DNA from: Thermodesulfobacteriota bacterium
GTDB taxonomy: Bacteria; Desulfobacterota; Deferrimicrobia; Deferrimicrobiales; Deferrimicrobiaceae
Assembly (NCBI GenBank): GCA_040758155.1
Contig: JBFLWB010000140.1
Span: 1-60,388, forward strand
DNA: 60,388 bases
Direction: 5' to 3'
Part shown: one piece after another, positions 8,540-19,725 of the stretch
Layout: each line of letters opens with the position of its first letter
Position numbering within the stretch: the first letter of the stretch is position 1
The notes under the pieces: generated by a model
What the model saw: the letters and a program-made list of their open reading frames with translations, nothing else
Database searches by the model: none
Told to the model about the DNA's origin: nothing
Program-made: the position numbers and the translations under genes

Positions 8540-9135
8540 TCGCTCTGGGAGTACCGGCGGTACAGGGTGAGAACGCGTTCGACGTACAGGCGGGTCTCCT
8601 TGAAGGGCGGCACCCCGCCGTACTTCTTCACAGCCCCCGGTCCGGCGTTGTATGCCGCCACGGCATGGGCGATGTTCCCGTCGAAGGCGGCGAGCAGCTC
8701 CTTGATGTACCGGACCCCTCCCTCGATGTTCTCGATCGGGTCGAACGGGTCGCTCACGTTCATCCGCCGTGAAGTGAACGGCATAAGCTGCATCACGCCT
8801 TCCGCCCCCTTCGGGGAGATCGCGTTCCGCCGGCCGTCGGATTCCGCCTTGATGATGGCATGCACGAGCGCGGGCTCCATCCGGTTCGCCTTGCAGTACC
8901 GCTCCACGTAATTCGCCATCCAGCCGGTATCGTCGTACCCGGAGCGCCCGACGGCCCTCACCGGGGCGGGGCGGGCCTTGGGTCCCTCCCGGAGGTAAAG
9001 CCGGTATTTCCCGTCCGGCTGGACGTTGGTAAAATGAACCACCCCTTCTCCATCCACGTACTTGTATATGTCTCCGCGGGCCGCCATCGGCCAGAGGAGG
9101 AGGGAAACCATGAAAACGCATCGTAAATAAACCAT
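8536..9135 (-). CDS. Lytic transglycosylase (SLT domain) with N-terminal signal peptide
   Basis: 199 aa. AESDGRRNAISPKGAEGVMQLMP and AYNAGPGAV motifs of family-1 lytic transglycosylases. Hydrophobic N terminus. Confidence 0.85.
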   Translation of the reverse strand: MVYLRCVFMVSLLLWPMAARGDIYKYVDGEGVVHFTNVQPDGKYRLYLREGPKARPAPVRAVGRSGYDDTGWMANYVERYCKANRMEPALVHAIIKAESDGRRNAISPKGAEGVMQLMPFTSRRMNVSDPFDPIENIEGGVRYIKELLAAFDGNIAHAVAAYNAGPGAVKKYGGVPPFKETRLYVERVLTLYRRYSQSE

Positions 9136-9207
9136 AATTCATACTATCTTAAGGAAACCCCCCGGGGAAGTCAAACCGGGGACGGGTCTGCGGACGAGGG
9201 AGTCCCA

Positions 9208-10812
9208 ATGGAGCGGGTTTCGAAATTCCTGGTGATCGGCAGCGGAATCGCCGGATTGAGTTTCGCGTTGCGGGCGGCGAAAAAGGGAACGGTAACGGTC
9301 ATCACCAAGAAGAAGGCGTCCGAATCGAGCACCAACTACGCCCAGGGGGGGATCGCGACCGTCTGGAGCGGCGAGGACACCTTCGAATCGCACATCGAGG
9401 ACACCCACCGGGCGGGCGCCGGGCTGTGCCACCCGGACACCGTGGACCTGGTCGTCCGGGACGCGCCGGCGCGGATCCGGGAGCTGATCGACTGGGGGGT
9501 ACGGTTCACCCGCCGGACCGGGAAGGAGGAGTACGACCTTCACCGCGAGGGGGGGCACTCGAAGCGCCGGATCTTCCATTCCGAGGACCTTACGGGGCGG
9601 GAAGTGGAGCGGGCGCTGCTGGAGCGGGTCCGGGAGAACCGGAACATCCGTCTGCTCGAGCACCACGCGGCGGTCAACCTCATCACCCGCCGGAAGATCG
9701 CCCCCGACCGGAGACATCCCGACGAGGTGCTGGGGGCGTACGTGCTCGACGGCTTGAAGGGGGAAGTTCACCGGTTCACGGCCGACGCGACGGTGCTGTC
9801 GACGGGCGGATCCGGCAAGGTGTACCTGTATACGAGCAATCCCGATGTCGCCACGGGGGACGGCGTCGCCATGGCGTACCGGGCGGGAGCGACGATCGCC
9901 AACATGGAGTTCGTCCAGTTCCACCCCACCTGCCTCTTCCACCCCCACGCCAAGTCGTTCCTCATCTCCGAGGCGGTCCGGGGGGAAGGCGCGATCCTGG
10001 TCAACCGGGAGGGGAAGCGCTTCATGGAGGGGATCCACGCCATGAAGGAGCTCGCGCCCCGGGACATCGTCGCGCGCGCGATCGACGCGGAGCTGAAAAG
10101 GACCGGCGCGGACTGCGTCTTCCTCGACATCCGGCACAAGGGGAAGGCGTTCATCCGGAAGCATTTCCCGAACATCCACGCGACGTGCCTGTCCTTCGGC
10201 ATCGACATGACGAAGGAGCCGCTGCCGGTGGTTCCGGCGGCGCATTACCAGTGCGGCGGGGTGCTCACCGACCTCAACGGGGAAACGGACCTCGCGCGCC
10301 TGTTCGCCGTCGGGGAGTGCGCATGCACGGGGCTTCACGGGGCCAACCGGCTCGCATCCAACTCCCTCCTCGAAGCGCTGGTCTTCTCCGACCGGGCGTT
10401 CCGCCGCGCGGCGGAGCGGTACGCGGGGACGCCCCGCCCAAGTCTTGACATCCCGAAGTGGGATCCGGGGGAGGCGCAGGAGCCCGACGAGGCGGTCGTC
10501 GTCTCGCACAACTGGGAGGAGCTGCGCCGCACCATGTGGAACTACGTGGGGATCGTGCGGTCGAACAAGCGGCTGTCGCGCGCCCTGGACCGGATCGAGA
10601 TGCTGCAGAGGGAAATCTCGGAGTACTACTGGAACTTCCGGCTGACGGGGGACCTCCTCGAGCTGCGCAGCATCTGCACCGTCGCGGAGCTGATCGTGCG
10701 CTGCGCCCTGCAGCGGAGGGAGAGCCGGGGGCTGCACACCACGATCGATTACCCGTACCAGGACGACGAGCACGGCCGCAGAGACACGCTGGTTCGCCGC
10801 TTCCGGGAATGA
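9208..10812 (+). CDS. nadB: L-aspartate oxidase
   Basis: 534 aa. GSGIAGL FAD-binding fold, succinate dehydrogenase/fumarate reductase flavoprotein-like core, and HGANRLASNSLLE motif. Confidence 0.95.
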   Translation: MERVSKFLVIGSGIAGLSFALRAAKKGTVTVITKKKASESSTNYAQGGIATVWSGEDTFESHIEDTHRAGAGLCHPDTVDLVVRDAPARIRELIDWGVRFTRRTGKEEYDLHREGGHSKRRIFHSEDLTGREVERALLERVRENRNIRLLEHHAAVNLITRRKIAPDRRHPDEVLGAYVLDGLKGEVHRFTADATVLSTGGSGKVYLYTSNPDVATGDGVAMAYRAGATIANMEFVQFHPTCLFHPHAKSFLISEAVRGEGAILVNREGKRFMEGIHAMKELAPRDIVARAIDAELKRTGADCVFLDIRHKGKAFIRKHFPNIHATCLSFGIDMTKEPLPVVPAAHYQCGGVLTDLNGETDLARLFAVGECACTGLHGANRLASNSLLEALVFSDRAFRRAAERYAGTPRPSLDIPKWDPGEAQEPDEAVVVSHNWEELRRTMWNYVGIVRSNKRLSRALDRIEMLQREISEYYWNFRLTGDLLELRSICTVAELIVRCALQRRESRGLHTTIDYPYQDDEHGRRDTLVRRFRE

Positions 10813-10822
10813 AGGAGGCCCG

Positions 10823-11449
10823 TTATCTCCAGGCCAGGACGGCGCGCCCCTGCACTCCGGCCAGCACCAGCTTCAGGCGCGGGGCGCTCGTTTTCGCGTC
10901 CTCCGCGGACGGCTCGGCCTCTTTCGGGAACGCCACCTCGTATCCCCGGTACCAGGTCCCCGAATACGGGAAGAAGCGCGCCATCTCCTCGGGACGCAGG
11001 GCGGTCCTTCGTACGTAGACCGGCCCGAAGTCCTTTTCGTCGGCCCGGACCAGCCGGAGGCTCCAAAGCGACTCCGGCTTGTCCAGGTCGTTCTCCTTCT
11101 CCTCGGGGACCCACAGCGCGACGAAGAACCGTACGTACCGCTCCGACTCGGCGCGCCATTGCGCGATCGTCCGGTCCCTCCGGGCGGGGTCGATATAATA
11201 GATGCGGGAGTACTCCTCCGAGAAGGCCTTGAGCCACGGCGCGGAGAGCCAGGTCGCGGTGATGATGAACCGGGTGTCCAGACCGTCGTGGACCTCGCGG
11301 GTCCGGGTGGCGTCCTCCGTCACCCGCGCGTACGCCGGGGACCCGGCGACCTTCTCGTAAAGGGCGACCGACCGCGATCCGCAGCCGGCCGCGATCGCCG
11401 CCAGCGCCGCAAGCAGCAGCGCCGCCGCGCTCCTGCGGAAATCAGGCAT
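10823..11449 (-). CDS. Hypothetical lipoprotein
   Basis: 208 aa. Signal peptide with lipobox LAAIAAGC. No family recognised. 8-nt overlap with the pyrE stop; its own stop converges on the nadB stop with only a 10-nt gap. Confidence 0.6.
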   Translation of the reverse strand: MPDFRRSAAALLLAALAAIAAGCGSRSVALYEKVAGSPAYARVTEDATRTREVHDGLDTRFIITATWLSAPWLKAFSEEYSRIYYIDPARRDRTIAQWRAESERYVRFFVALWVPEEKENDLDKPESLWSLRLVRADEKDFGPVYVRRTALRPEEMARFFPYSGTWYRGYEVAFPKEAEPSAEDAKTSAPRLKLVLAGVQGRAVLAWR

Positions 11450-12038
11450 TCTCCACTTCCTCCTTCAGGAACATCGGCTCGATCCGGAACCCCGCCGCGG
11501 CCACGGCCTCCGCTCCGCCTTCGTTCCGGTCTACAAGGCACAGCACGCGCGCGACGACGAGCCCGGACAGGGCGGCCCGCTCGATGGCGCGCAGCGTCGA
11601 TGCCCCCGTCGTGACCACGTCCTCCAGGATCGCGACGCGCATCCCCGGCCTCAGGTTCTTCGTCCCCTCGATCCACTGCGCCGTCCCGTGCTTCTTCGGC
11701 TCCTTGCGGATGATGAACGCGGGGACAGGCCATCCCCGCATCGCGCTGGTGATCGAGACCGCCGTGACGATCGGGTCGGCCCCGAGGGTGATCCCGCCCA
11801 CCGCCTCCGGCCGCTCCCCGACCTCCAGCATCGCGCAGAATAGCCGCCCCGTGAGCACGGCGCCTTCCGCGTCGAGCGTGGTCTGCCGGCAGTCGATGTA
11901 GAAGTCGGACTCCTTCCCCGAGGACAGGACGACCTTCCGCTTCTCGTAGCTCTTTTCCCTCAGGATGGACAGGAAGCGGTTCCTGTCCGCGGCAAGCTCG
12001 GACGGGAACCGTGCGGACCGGCCGGCATCGACCTTCAT
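11442..12038 (-). CDS. pyrE: Orotate phosphoribosyltransferase
   Basis: 198 aa. SGKESDFYIDCR and the PRPP-binding loop VAILEDVVTTGAS. Confidence 0.9.
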   Translation of the reverse strand: MKVDAGRSARFPSELAADRNRFLSILREKSYEKRKVVLSSGKESDFYIDCRQTTLDAEGAVLTGRLFCAMLEVGERPEAVGGITLGADPIVTAVSITSAMRGWPVPAFIIRKEPKKHGTAQWIEGTKNLRPGMRVAILEDVVTTGASTLRAIERAALSGLVVARVLCLVDRNEGGAEAVAAAGFRIEPMFLKEEVENA

Positions 12039-12075
12039 CGCTTCCCCCGGTGACGCTTGGATTTTTTCCCCCCGG

Positions 12076-13500
12076 TCAGACGCTGACCGACCTCCGGAAC
12101 AGCGGCAGCTGCTCCCCGGCCTCCTCCAGCTCCAGCGGTATCGAGTAATTCCCGGTGAAGCAGGCGTCGCAGTACGTCGCCTTCCCGTTCGGCACGCAGG
12201 CGTGGAGCCCCTGGATGCTCAGGTATCCGATGGTATCCGAGGTCAGGTAGGTGTTGATCTCCTCCAGCGTGTGGGTGGCGGCGATCAGGTCGCGGCGCGA
12301 GGGGGTGTCGATCCCGTAGAAGCAGGGGTAGCAGGTCGGCGGCGAGCTGATGCGCACGTGGATCTCCCGCGCGCCGGCGGCCCGGATCATCTTGATGATC
12401 TTGCGACCCGTCGTGCCGCGGACGATGGAATCGTCCACCACGACGACCCGCTTCCCGCCCACGACGCCGCGCACCGCGTTCAGCTTCACCTTCACTCCGA
12501 AGTGGCGGATCGACTGCTGCGGCTCGATGAAGGTGCGGCCGACGTAGTGGTTCCGTATCAGCCCCATCTCGAACGGGATCCCCGACGCCTCCGAGTATCC
12601 CAGCGCCGCCGGGACGCCCGAGTCGGGGATGGGGATGACGATGTCGGCGTCGGCGGGATGCTCCCGCGCGAGCTGGCGCCCCAGCTCCTTGCGGACCTCG
12701 TAGACGCTTTTCCCGCCGATGATCGAGTCGGGACGGGCGAAGTACACGTGCTCGAAGATGCAGAACCGCTCCACGGCGGGGAGGAAAGGCTTGTGGGCCT
12801 CCAGCCCGCGGGCGCTCACCACGATCATCTCACCGGGTTCCACGTCCCGGACGAACTCCGCCTCGATCAGGTCGAGGGCGCACGTCTCGGAGCAGATGAC
12901 GGTCCCGCCGCCGGTCCCCTTGAGCTTCCCGATCACCAGCGGGCGGATGCCGTGCGGATCCCGGACGGCGATCAGCTTGTCCCGGGTCAGGAACAGCAGG
13001 GAGTAGGCGCCGCGCACCTGCTTCAGCGCGTCAACGATCCGGTCCTCGATCCGCTCCTTCCGGGAGCGTGCGATGAGGTGGATGATGACCTCGGTGTCCA
13101 TCGACGACTGGAAGATGGACCCTGAAACCTCCAGCTCGCTGCGGATCTCGTGCGCGTTGACGAGGTTGCCGTTGTGCGCCACGGAAATGGAGCCGGACTC
13201 GAAGTCGACCACCAGCGGCTGGCAGTTCTTCAGCTCGGAGGAACCGGTCGTCGAGTAGCGCACGTGGCCGATGGCGCTGCTGCCGGGGAGGCGGCAGAGC
13301 GTCTCCTCGGAAAAGATGTCGGCGACCAGCCCCATCTCACGATGGAAGGTGATCACATCGCCGTCGGAGCATGCGATCCCGGCGCTTTCCTGCCCCCGGT
13401 GCTGCAGGGCGTAGAGCCCGAGGTAGGTGAGGTTCGCGGCCTCGGGGTACCCGTAGACCCCGAAGATGCCGCACTCTTCATGCCAGCCGTCCAACGCCAT
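12076..13500 (-). CDS. purF: Amidophosphoribosyltransferase
   Basis: 474 aa. N-terminal nucleophile [17 protein letters not shown], and PRTase loop [12 protein letters not shown]. Confidence 0.95.
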   Translation of the reverse strand: MALDGWHEECGIFGVYGYPEAANLTYLGLYALQHRGQESAGIACSDGDVITFHREMGLVADIFSEETLCRLPGSSAIGHVRYSTTGSSELKNCQPLVVDFESGSISVAHNGNLVNAHEIRSELEVSGSIFQSSMDTEVIIHLIARSRKERIEDRIVDALKQVRGAYSLLFLTRDKLIAVRDPHGIRPLVIGKLKGTGGGTVICSETCALDLIEAEFVRDVEPGEMIVVSARGLEAHKPFLPAVERFCIFEHVYFARPDSIIGGKSVYEVRKELGRQLAREHPADADIVIPIPDSGVPAALGYSEASGIPFEMGLIRNHYVGRTFIEPQQSIRHFGVKVKLNAVRGVVGGKRVVVVDDSIVRGTTGRKIIKMIRAAGAREIHVRISSPPTCYPCFYGIDTPSRRDLIAATHTLEEINTYLTSDTIGYLSIQGLHACVPNGKATYCDACFTGNYSIPLELEEAGEQLPLFRRSVSV

Positions 13501-13510
13501 GAGCGCCCCT

Positions 13511-15745
13511 TCAGCCCTCCAGCCCCAACGCCTTGGCGAATCCTTCCCGCCAGCAGGCCTGCAGCCCCGCCGCGTTGACCGCCGCGACGACGCCGATTTC
13601 GATCTGCTCCCCGCCGACCTCCCCCAACTCCCGTATTGTAATACGGAAACGGGCGGCGACGTCGATCAGCGCCTCCTTTTTCGCGGAAGGGCAGGAAAGC
13701 AGGACCGCCCCCTGGGATTCCGCGAACATCGCGAAATCCGGCCGAACGGCTTCCGGAAACGGGTTGGCCACCTTCACGCCGATCGGGCCGGCCGGCCTCG
13801 TGATGCAGCACTCCGCGAGCGCGCAGGCGAATCCGCCCTCCGCCAGGTCGTGCGCCGAGGACAGCGCCCCCTCCGCCGCTGCGGCCGCCAGGAACCGCTG
13901 CAGCCGCTTTTCGTGCGCGAGGTCCACCGGAGGCGGCGTGCCCGCCACTTTTCCGTGGACCTCCTTCAGGTACAGCGATCCCCCAAGGTCGATCCCGAGG
14001 CGTTCCGGGCCGGCGAGGAACACCGCGTCGCCGGGGGCGTCGAACCATTGGACCCGCCGGCGATCCGCGTCCTCGAGCAGGCCGACCATGGCCACGGTCG
14101 GGGTGGGATAGATCCCCTTCCCCATCGTCTCGTTGTAGAAGGAGACGTTGCCGGAGACCACGGGGATCTCGAGCTCCCCGCACGCCTTCGCCATCCCCTC
14201 GATGGAGGAGCGGAACTGCCACATGATCTCGGGCTTTTCCGGGTTGCCGAAATTCAGGCAGTCGGTGAGGCCGATCGGCTCCGCCCCGGAGCAGGCCACG
14301 TTGCGCGCCGACTCGCAGACGGCGATCATTCCGCCGACGTACGGATCGAGGTAGCAGTAACGGCTGTTGCAGTCCACCGACAGCGCGATCCCCTTCCGCG
14401 TCCCCTTGACCCGCAGCACCGCGGCGTCGGACCCGGGGAGCACGAGCGTGTTCGTCCGGATCATGTGGTCGTACTGGCGGAAGACCCACCTCTTGTCCGC
14501 CATCTCGGGGCAGCTCATCAGCCGCGTCCACGTCTCCGCCAGGTCGGCGGGGGCGGGCAGCGAAGCCGGATCGAGCCCCTGCTGCAGCGCGTCCTGGGAT
14601 TCCGGGCGGGCCGCCGGCCGGTCGTAGAGCGGCGCCTGGTCCGTCACCGGGGCGACCGGGATCTCGGCCACCGTCTCCCCGCGCCAGCGGATCCGCGCGA
14701 TGCCGTCGCCGGTCACCTCCCCGATGACGCTCGCGTCGAGGTCCCACTTCTCGAAGATCGCGCGGACCTCGTCCTCCCGCCCCTTCTTCGCCACCAGAAG
14801 CATCCGCTCCTGGGACTCGGAGAGCATCAGCTCGTAGGGGATCATCCCCTCCTCCCGCTGCGGGACGAGGTCGAGGTCCATCGTGAAGCCGGTGCCGGCG
14901 CGCGAAGCCATCTCGAAGGAGGAGGAGGTCAGCCCCGCCGCGCCCATGTCCTGGATCCCTACGATCGCGTCGGTGCGCATCAGCTCGAGGCACGCCTCCA
15001 GCAGCAGCTTCTCCGTGAACGGGTCGCCGACCTGCACGGTGGGGCGCTTCTCCTCGGACTTCTCGTCGAACTCCCCGGAGGCCATCGTCGCGCCGTGGAT
15101 GCCGTCCCGGCCCGTCTTCGACCCGACGTAGACGATGGGATTCCCCACCCCCGACGCGTACCCTCGCCAGATGGACTCCTTACGCACCACGCCGAGCGTG
15201 AAGGCGTTTACAAGGATGTTCCCGTCGTAGCACTCGTCGAAGTAGATCTCTCCGCCTACCGTGGGAACGCCGATGCAGTTGCCGTACCCCGCGATCCCGC
15301 CGACGACGCCCGTGACCAGATACCGCGTCCGCGGGTGGTCGGGGCGGCCGAAGCGCAGGGAGTCGAGCGACGCGATCGGGCGCGCCCCCATGGTGAAGAC
15401 GTCGCGCAGGATGCCGCCGACTCCAGTGGCGGCCCCCTGGTACGGCTCGATGAAGGACGGGTGGTTGTGGCTCTCCATCTTGAAGGACACAGCGAGGCCG
15501 TCCCCGATATCGACGATCCCCGCGTTCTCCCCCGGCCCCTGGAGGACGCGCGGCCCTTTCGTCGGGAACTTCTTCAGGTGGATCCGGGAGCTCTTGTAGG
15601 AGCAGTGCTCGCTCCACATGACGGAGAAGATGCCGAGCTCGGTGAAGCCCGGCGTCCGGCCCAGGATGGAGCGGACGCGGTCGTACTCCTCCTCGGAAAG
15701 ACCGTGCTCCTTCGCAAGCTCGAGGGTGACCGGCTTCTCCTTCAT
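13511..15745 (-). CDS. purL: Phosphoribosylformylglycinamidine synthase subunit PurL
   Basis: Track ORF 13511-15826. Start placed at the internal [21 protein letters not shown] (ATG 15745), which makes an ATGA overlap with the purQ stop. AIR-synthase-like repeats ([16 protein letters not shown]). Confidence 0.93.
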   Translation of the reverse strand: MKEKPVTLELAKEHGLSEEEYDRVRSILGRTPGFTELGIFSVMWSEHCSYKSSRIHLKKFPTKGPRVLQGPGENAGIVDIGDGLAVSFKMESHNHPSFIEPYQGAATGVGGILRDVFTMGARPIASLDSLRFGRPDHPRTRYLVTGVVGGIAGYGNCIGVPTVGGEIYFDECYDGNILVNAFTLGVVRKESIWRGYASGVGNPIVYVGSKTGRDGIHGATMASGEFDEKSEEKRPTVQVGDPFTEKLLLEACLELMRTDAIVGIQDMGAAGLTSSSFEMASRAGTGFTMDLDLVPQREEGMIPYELMLSESQERMLLVAKKGREDEVRAIFEKWDLDASVIGEVTGDGIARIRWRGETVAEIPVAPVTDQAPLYDRPAARPESQDALQQGLDPASLPAPADLAETWTRLMSCPEMADKRWVFRQYDHMIRTNTLVLPGSDAAVLRVKGTRKGIALSVDCNSRYCYLDPYVGGMIAVCESARNVACSGAEPIGLTDCLNFGNPEKPEIMWQFRSSIEGMAKACGELEIPVVSGNVSFYNETMGKGIYPTPTVAMVGLLEDADRRRVQWFDAPGDAVFLAGPERLGIDLGGSLYLKEVHGKVAGTPPPVDLAHEKRLQRFLAAAAAEGALSSAHDLAEGGFACALAECCITRPAGPIGVKVANPFPEAVRPDFAMFAESQGAVLLSCPSAKKEALIDVAARFRITIRELGEVGGEQIEIGVVAAVNAAGLQACWREGFAKALGLEG

Positions 15746-16443
15746 CTCCCCTTCTCCTTGAGCCATGCCGCCATGGAATCGAACAGCCGCCGGCCGTCCG
15801 CGCTTCCCAGCGCCTCCTCCGCGCAACGCTCCGGGTGGGGCATCATGCCGAGGACGTTCCCCCCTTCGCTGCAGATCCCCGCGATGTTCCCGGCGGAGCC
15901 GTTCGGATTGGCCTCCGCCGTCGCGTTCCCGCGGGCGTCGCAGTACCGGAACACCACCTGCCCCCGCTCCTCGAGGGCGGCCAGCGTCCCCGCGTCAGCG
16001 AAGTAGTTCCCCTGGTAGTGCGCGACGGGGATCCGCAGGACCGTCCCCGGGGAGAACCCGCGCGTAAAGGGGGTGCGGGCGGTCTCGGTCTTGAGGTGGA
16101 CGTAGTCGCATACGAACCGGAGCGACTCGTTGACGATCATCGCTCCCGGGAGCAGACCCGCCTCCAGCAGGATCTGGAACCCGTTGCAGATGCCGATGAC
16201 CGGGCCGCCGCCTTCCGCGAACCGCCGGACCGCTTCCATCACCGGGGAGAGCTTCGCCATCGCGCCGGTGCGCAGGTAGTCCCCGTAGGTGAAGCCGCCC
16301 GGGATCACGACGGCGTCGTACCCCTCGAGGGAGGACTCCTTGTGCCACACGAACCGGGCGTCCAGCCCGACCACGTGCTTCAGTGCATGGTACGCGTCGT
16401 GGTCGCAGTTGGAGCCGGGGAACACCAGTACCGCCGTCTTCAT
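15742..16443 (-). CDS. purQ: Phosphoribosylformylglycinamidine synthase, glutamine amidotransferase subunit
   Basis: 233 aa. GICNGFQ nucleophile elbow and MMPHPER motif. Confidence 0.95.
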   Translation of the reverse strand: MKTAVLVFPGSNCDHDAYHALKHVVGLDARFVWHKESSLEGYDAVVIPGGFTYGDYLRTGAMAKLSPVMEAVRRFAEGGGPVIGICNGFQILLEAGLLPGAMIVNESLRFVCDYVHLKTETARTPFTRGFSPGTVLRIPVAHYQGNYFADAGTLAALEERGQVVFRYCDARGNATAEANPNGSAGNIAGICSEGGNVLGMMPHPERCAEEALGSADGRRLFDSMAAWLKEKGR

Positions 16444-16444
16444 C

Positions 16445-16687
16445 TCACTCCCCGATCTCGATCCGGTAATCCTCGATGACCGTGTTGGCGAGAAGCCGCC
16501 GGCACGCGTCGTCGAGGCGCCGCGCCGCCTCGTCCTTCCCGATGTCCCCCAGCGCGAGCTCCATGTACTTCCCGACCCGGACGTCCTCCACCCCCGCGAT
16601 CCCCAGATGGTTCAGCGAGGAGAGGATCGCCTTCCCCTGCGGATCGAGGACCCCTTTTTTCAGGGTAACGTAGATCTTCGCCTTCAC
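16445..16687 (-). CDS. purS: Phosphoribosylformylglycinamidine synthase subunit PurS
   Basis: 80 aa (VKAKIYVTLKKGVLDPQGKAI...IEDYRIEIGE), at the 3' end of track ORF 16445-17548. GTG start at 16687, giving a GTGA overlap with the purB stop. Confidence 0.85.
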   Translation of the reverse strand: MKAKIYVTLKKGVLDPQGKAILSSLNHLGIAGVEDVRVGKYMELALGDIGKDEAARRLDDACRRLLANTVIEDYRIEIGE

Positions 16688-18000
16688 GCCTTCCTCCCCT
16701 TTCCATCCGCCCCGAACACGCGGTCGATGACCCCGTCGATGTTCTTGACGTAATAGCCGATGTCGAACAGCTCCTCGAACTCCTCCTTCGTCAGCGCCGA
16801 ACGCACGTCCCGGTCCTTCCACAGGAGCGTCCGGAGCTGCCGCCCCGTCTTCCAGGACTTCATCGCCGAACGCTGGACCACCTCGTACGCCTTCTCCCTG
16901 GAGAACCCCTTCGCCGCCAGCGCAAGCAGCACCCGTTGGGAGAAGAGCAGGCCGTTGGTGCTCTGCAGGTTTTTCATCATCCGGTCGGGATACACCATGA
17001 GCTTCTCCATCATCCCCCGGAACCGTCCCAGCGCGAAGTGGAGGACGATGGTCGCGTCGGGGGCGATCACCCGCTCCGCGGAGGAGTGGCTGATGTCCCG
17101 CTCGTGCCACAGGGCGACGTTCTCCAGCGCGGTGACGGCGTAGCCGCGCAAAAGCCGCGACAGCCCCGAGATGTTCTCGGACAGGACCGGGTTCCGCTTG
17201 TGGGGCATAGCGGAAGACCCTTTCTGCCCTTCGGAGAAGAACTCCTCCGCCTCGAGCACCTCGGTTCGCTGGAGGTGCCGGATCTCCGTCGCGAACTTGT
17301 CGAGGGAGGAGCCGACGATCGCCAGCGTGGAGAACAGCTCGGCGTGCCGGTCGCGCTGGATGACCTGTGTGGATGCGGGCGCCGGCGAGAGCCCCAGCTT
17401 CCGGCAGACATGCTCCTCGACGAACGGGTCGATGTTGGCAAAGGTCCCCACCGCCCCGGAGATCTTGCCGACCGAGATGACGTCGCGGGCGCGCTCGAGC
17501 CGCGCGATGTCCCGCCGGACCTCGTCGGCCCAGAGCGCCATCTTCCACCCGAATGTCACCGGCTCCGCGTGGACGCCGTGGGTGCGGCCGATCATCACCG
17601 TCCCCCGGTGCTCTACCGCCCGGGCCTTCAGCACGTCGAAGACCCCTTCCGCCTCCTCGATCAGCAGCGCCAGCGCCTGCCGCATCTGGACCGCGAACGC
17701 CGTGTCGAGCACGTCCGAGCTGGTCATCCCCACGTGGAGGAAGCGGGAATCCTCCCCGATGTGTTCGGCCACCGAGGTGAGGAAGGCGATGACATCGTGC
17801 TTTACCTTCTTCTCGATCTCGTCGATCCGCGCGACGTCGAAGGCCGCCTTCCGCCGGACCCTGGCAAGCGCCTCCTTCGGGATCAGCCCCCGCCGGACCA
17901 TCGCCTCCATCGCCAGGATCTCAATGTCGAGCCAGATGCGGAACCGGTTCTCGTCCTGCCAGATCGCCGCCATTTCGGGCCGCGTGTACCGTTCGATCAC
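16684..18000 (-). CDS. purB: Adenylosuccinate lyase
   Basis: 438 aa. Fumarate-lyase signature GSSAMPHKRNP. Confidence 0.95.
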   Translation of the reverse strand: MIERYTRPEMAAIWQDENRFRIWLDIEILAMEAMVRRGLIPKEALARVRRKAAFDVARIDEIEKKVKHDVIAFLTSVAEHIGEDSRFLHVGMTSSDVLDTAFAVQMRQALALLIEEAEGVFDVLKARAVEHRGTVMIGRTHGVHAEPVTFGWKMALWADEVRRDIARLERARDVISVGKISGAVGTFANIDPFVEEHVCRKLGLSPAPASTQVIQRDRHAELFSTLAIVGSSLDKFATEIRHLQRTEVLEAEEFFSEGQKGSSAMPHKRNPVLSENISGLSRLLRGYAVTALENVALWHERDISHSSAERVIAPDATIVLHFALGRFRGMMEKLMVYPDRMMKNLQSTNGLLFSQRVLLALAAKGFSREKAYEVVQRSAMKSWKTGRQLRTLLWKDRDVRSALTKEEFEELFDIGYYVKNIDGVIDRVFGADGKGRKA

Positions 18001-18015
18001 GACGCCCTCCTTGCC

Positions 18016-18471
18016 TTACCTTCCCGTGTGTCCGAAGCCGCCCGCGCCGCGCGCCGTCCCGTCGAGGTCCGGAACGACCGTCAGTCGCGCCGACAGCACC
18101 GCGGAAAACACGACCTGGGCGATCCGGTCGCCCCGCCGCACGACAAACGGCTCCCCGCCGAGGTTCGCGAGGATCACCTGGATCTCCCCGCGGTAGTCCG
18201 CGTCGATCGTCCCGGGGCTGTTCAGGCACGTCACCCCGTGGCGGATCGCCAGCCCGCTGCGCGGCCGGACCTGCGCCTCCACCCCCGGCGGCATGGAGAC
18301 CGCCACGCCGGTCGGGATCGAGGCCCGCCCCATCGGCGGGATGACCACGTCGGAGTCCACCGCCGCCTTCAGGTCCATCCCCGCGGCGCCCGGCGTCTGG
18401 TATGCGGGCAGGAACTCCTCCCCTCCCCGGACCAGGGAAACACGGACGTCGCAGACCGCGCCGCCGCTCAA
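18016..18471 (-). CDS. dut: dUTP diphosphatase
   Basis: 3' part of track ORF 18016-18996. AGMDL, PRSGLA and [10 protein letters not shown] motifs. Start inferred at TTG 18471 (TTGA overlap with the M16 peptidase stop), because there is no ATG or GTG upstream of the conserved N-terminal strand. Confidence 0.85.
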   Translation of the reverse strand: MSGGAVCDVRVSLVRGGEEFLPAYQTPGAAGMDLKAAVDSDVVIPPMGRASIPTGVAVSMPPGVEAQVRPRSGLAIRHGVTCLNSPGTIDADYRGEIQVILANLGGEPFVVRRGDRIAQVVFSAVLSARLTVVPDLDGTARGAGGFGHTGR

Positions 18472-19712
18472 AACCCGAGCCCCCCTTCGGGGAGATCCCC
18501 CACGGCGGCCAGCGTGAACCGGTCCCTGCGGAGAAGCTCCGCCGCCAGGTCGCGCACCTGGGACGGCGTCACCGCGTCCACGCGCGCCAGGACCTCCTCC
18601 GGCGGCTCCCTCCGGTCGAGGAACATCTCGTTCATCGCGAGGTGGGACATGCGGTACATCGTGCTCTCCAGCGACAGGAGGGTGTTCCCCTTGATGAGAT
18701 CCTTCGCGAATGCCACCTCGTCGTCGGTGATCCCCCCCTCCCGGAGGTCGTCTACGATGCGTCCCGCCACCTCGAGGACCTCCTCGACCTGCTCCTTCCC
18801 CGTGCCGGCGTAGATCTCGAGGATCCCCGCGTCGGCGTAGACGGACACCGTGGAACCCACGGAATACGCCAGCCCCCGCTTCTCGCGCACCTCCTGGAAG
18901 AGCCGGCTCGAGGAGCTCCCGCCGAGGACGGCGTTGATCACGTCCATCGCGAAGATCCGGTCGCTCTTCCGGGCCACCGCGGGCGCGCCCAGGCACAGGT
19001 GCGCCTGTTCGAGCTCCCTGGGCTTCAGGTACGTCCCGCCGGCCGGCTCCGCGGGCGGGGAGACGGCCAGCGCCTCCTTCAGCTCCAGCGGGGACAGCGC
19101 CTCCCGGAACGCGGAGACCGCGGCCTCGTGCGGAAGGTTCCCCACGACGGTCGCGACGATCCCCCGTCTGCGGAAACGGTCGCGGAAACAGCCGACGACC
19201 GCGCCCCGGTCGAACCGCCCCACGCTTTCCGCTGTCCCCTGCACCGGCAGCCCGAGCGGGTGCCCCCCCCAGTAGGAGAGGTTGAAGAAATCGTTCAGGA
19301 ACTCCTCCGGGGTGTCGTCCACCATCAGGATCTCCTGGAGGATGACGCTCTTCTCGCGGGCGAGCTCCTCCTCGTCGAAGACGGAGTCCCGGTAGATGTC
19401 CGCCAGGAGGTCGACGATCAGCGGGAAATCCTTCTCCATGGCCTTGGCGAAGAAGTAGGTGAATTCGCGGGACGTGTAGGCGTTCATCGTTCCGCCGACC
19501 GATTCGATGGCCCGGGAGATGTCGACCGCCTTCCTGCGGGCGGTCCCCTTGAAGAGCATGTGCTCGATGAAGTGGGCGATGCCGCTGTCGGCCTGCGTCT
19601 CCGCCCGGGAGCCTACGGGGACCCAGATTCCCGCCGTGGCGGACCGAAGCCAGGGCACCTGCTCGGTGACGATCGCGATTCCGTTTTCGAGGAGTGTGCC
19701 GGCAACCGTCAT
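18468..19712 (-). CDS. M16 family (insulinase-like) zinc peptidase
   Basis: 414 aa. [11 protein letters not shown] (HxxEH zinc motif). Confidence 0.85.
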   Translation of the reverse strand: MTVAGTLLENGIAIVTEQVPWLRSATAGIWVPVGSRAETQADSGIAHFIEHMLFKGTARRKAVDISRAIESVGGTMNAYTSREFTYFFAKAMEKDFPLIVDLLADIYRDSVFDEEELAREKSVILQEILMVDDTPEEFLNDFFNLSYWGGHPLGLPVQGTAESVGRFDRGAVVGCFRDRFRRRGIVATVVGNLPHEAAVSAFREALSPLELKEALAVSPPAEPAGGTYLKPRELEQAHLCLGAPAVARKSDRIFAMDVINAVLGGSSSSRLFQEVREKRGLAYSVGSTVSVYADAGILEIYAGTGKEQVEEVLEVAGRIVDDLREGGITDDEVAFAKDLIKGNTLLSLESTMYRMSHLAMNEMFLDRREPPEEVLARVDAVTPSQVRDLAAELLRRDRFTLAAVGDLPEGGLGF

Positions 19713-19725
19713 CGGGTTCCGCCGG

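Noticed and set aside
16440-16706. The track ORF of 88 aa at the purS position.
   Set aside because: It is in the wrong frame and Gly/Arg-rich. The authentic PurS sequence (VKAKIYVTLKKGVLDPQGKA...) is in the frame of ORF 16445-17548, with a GTG start at 16687.
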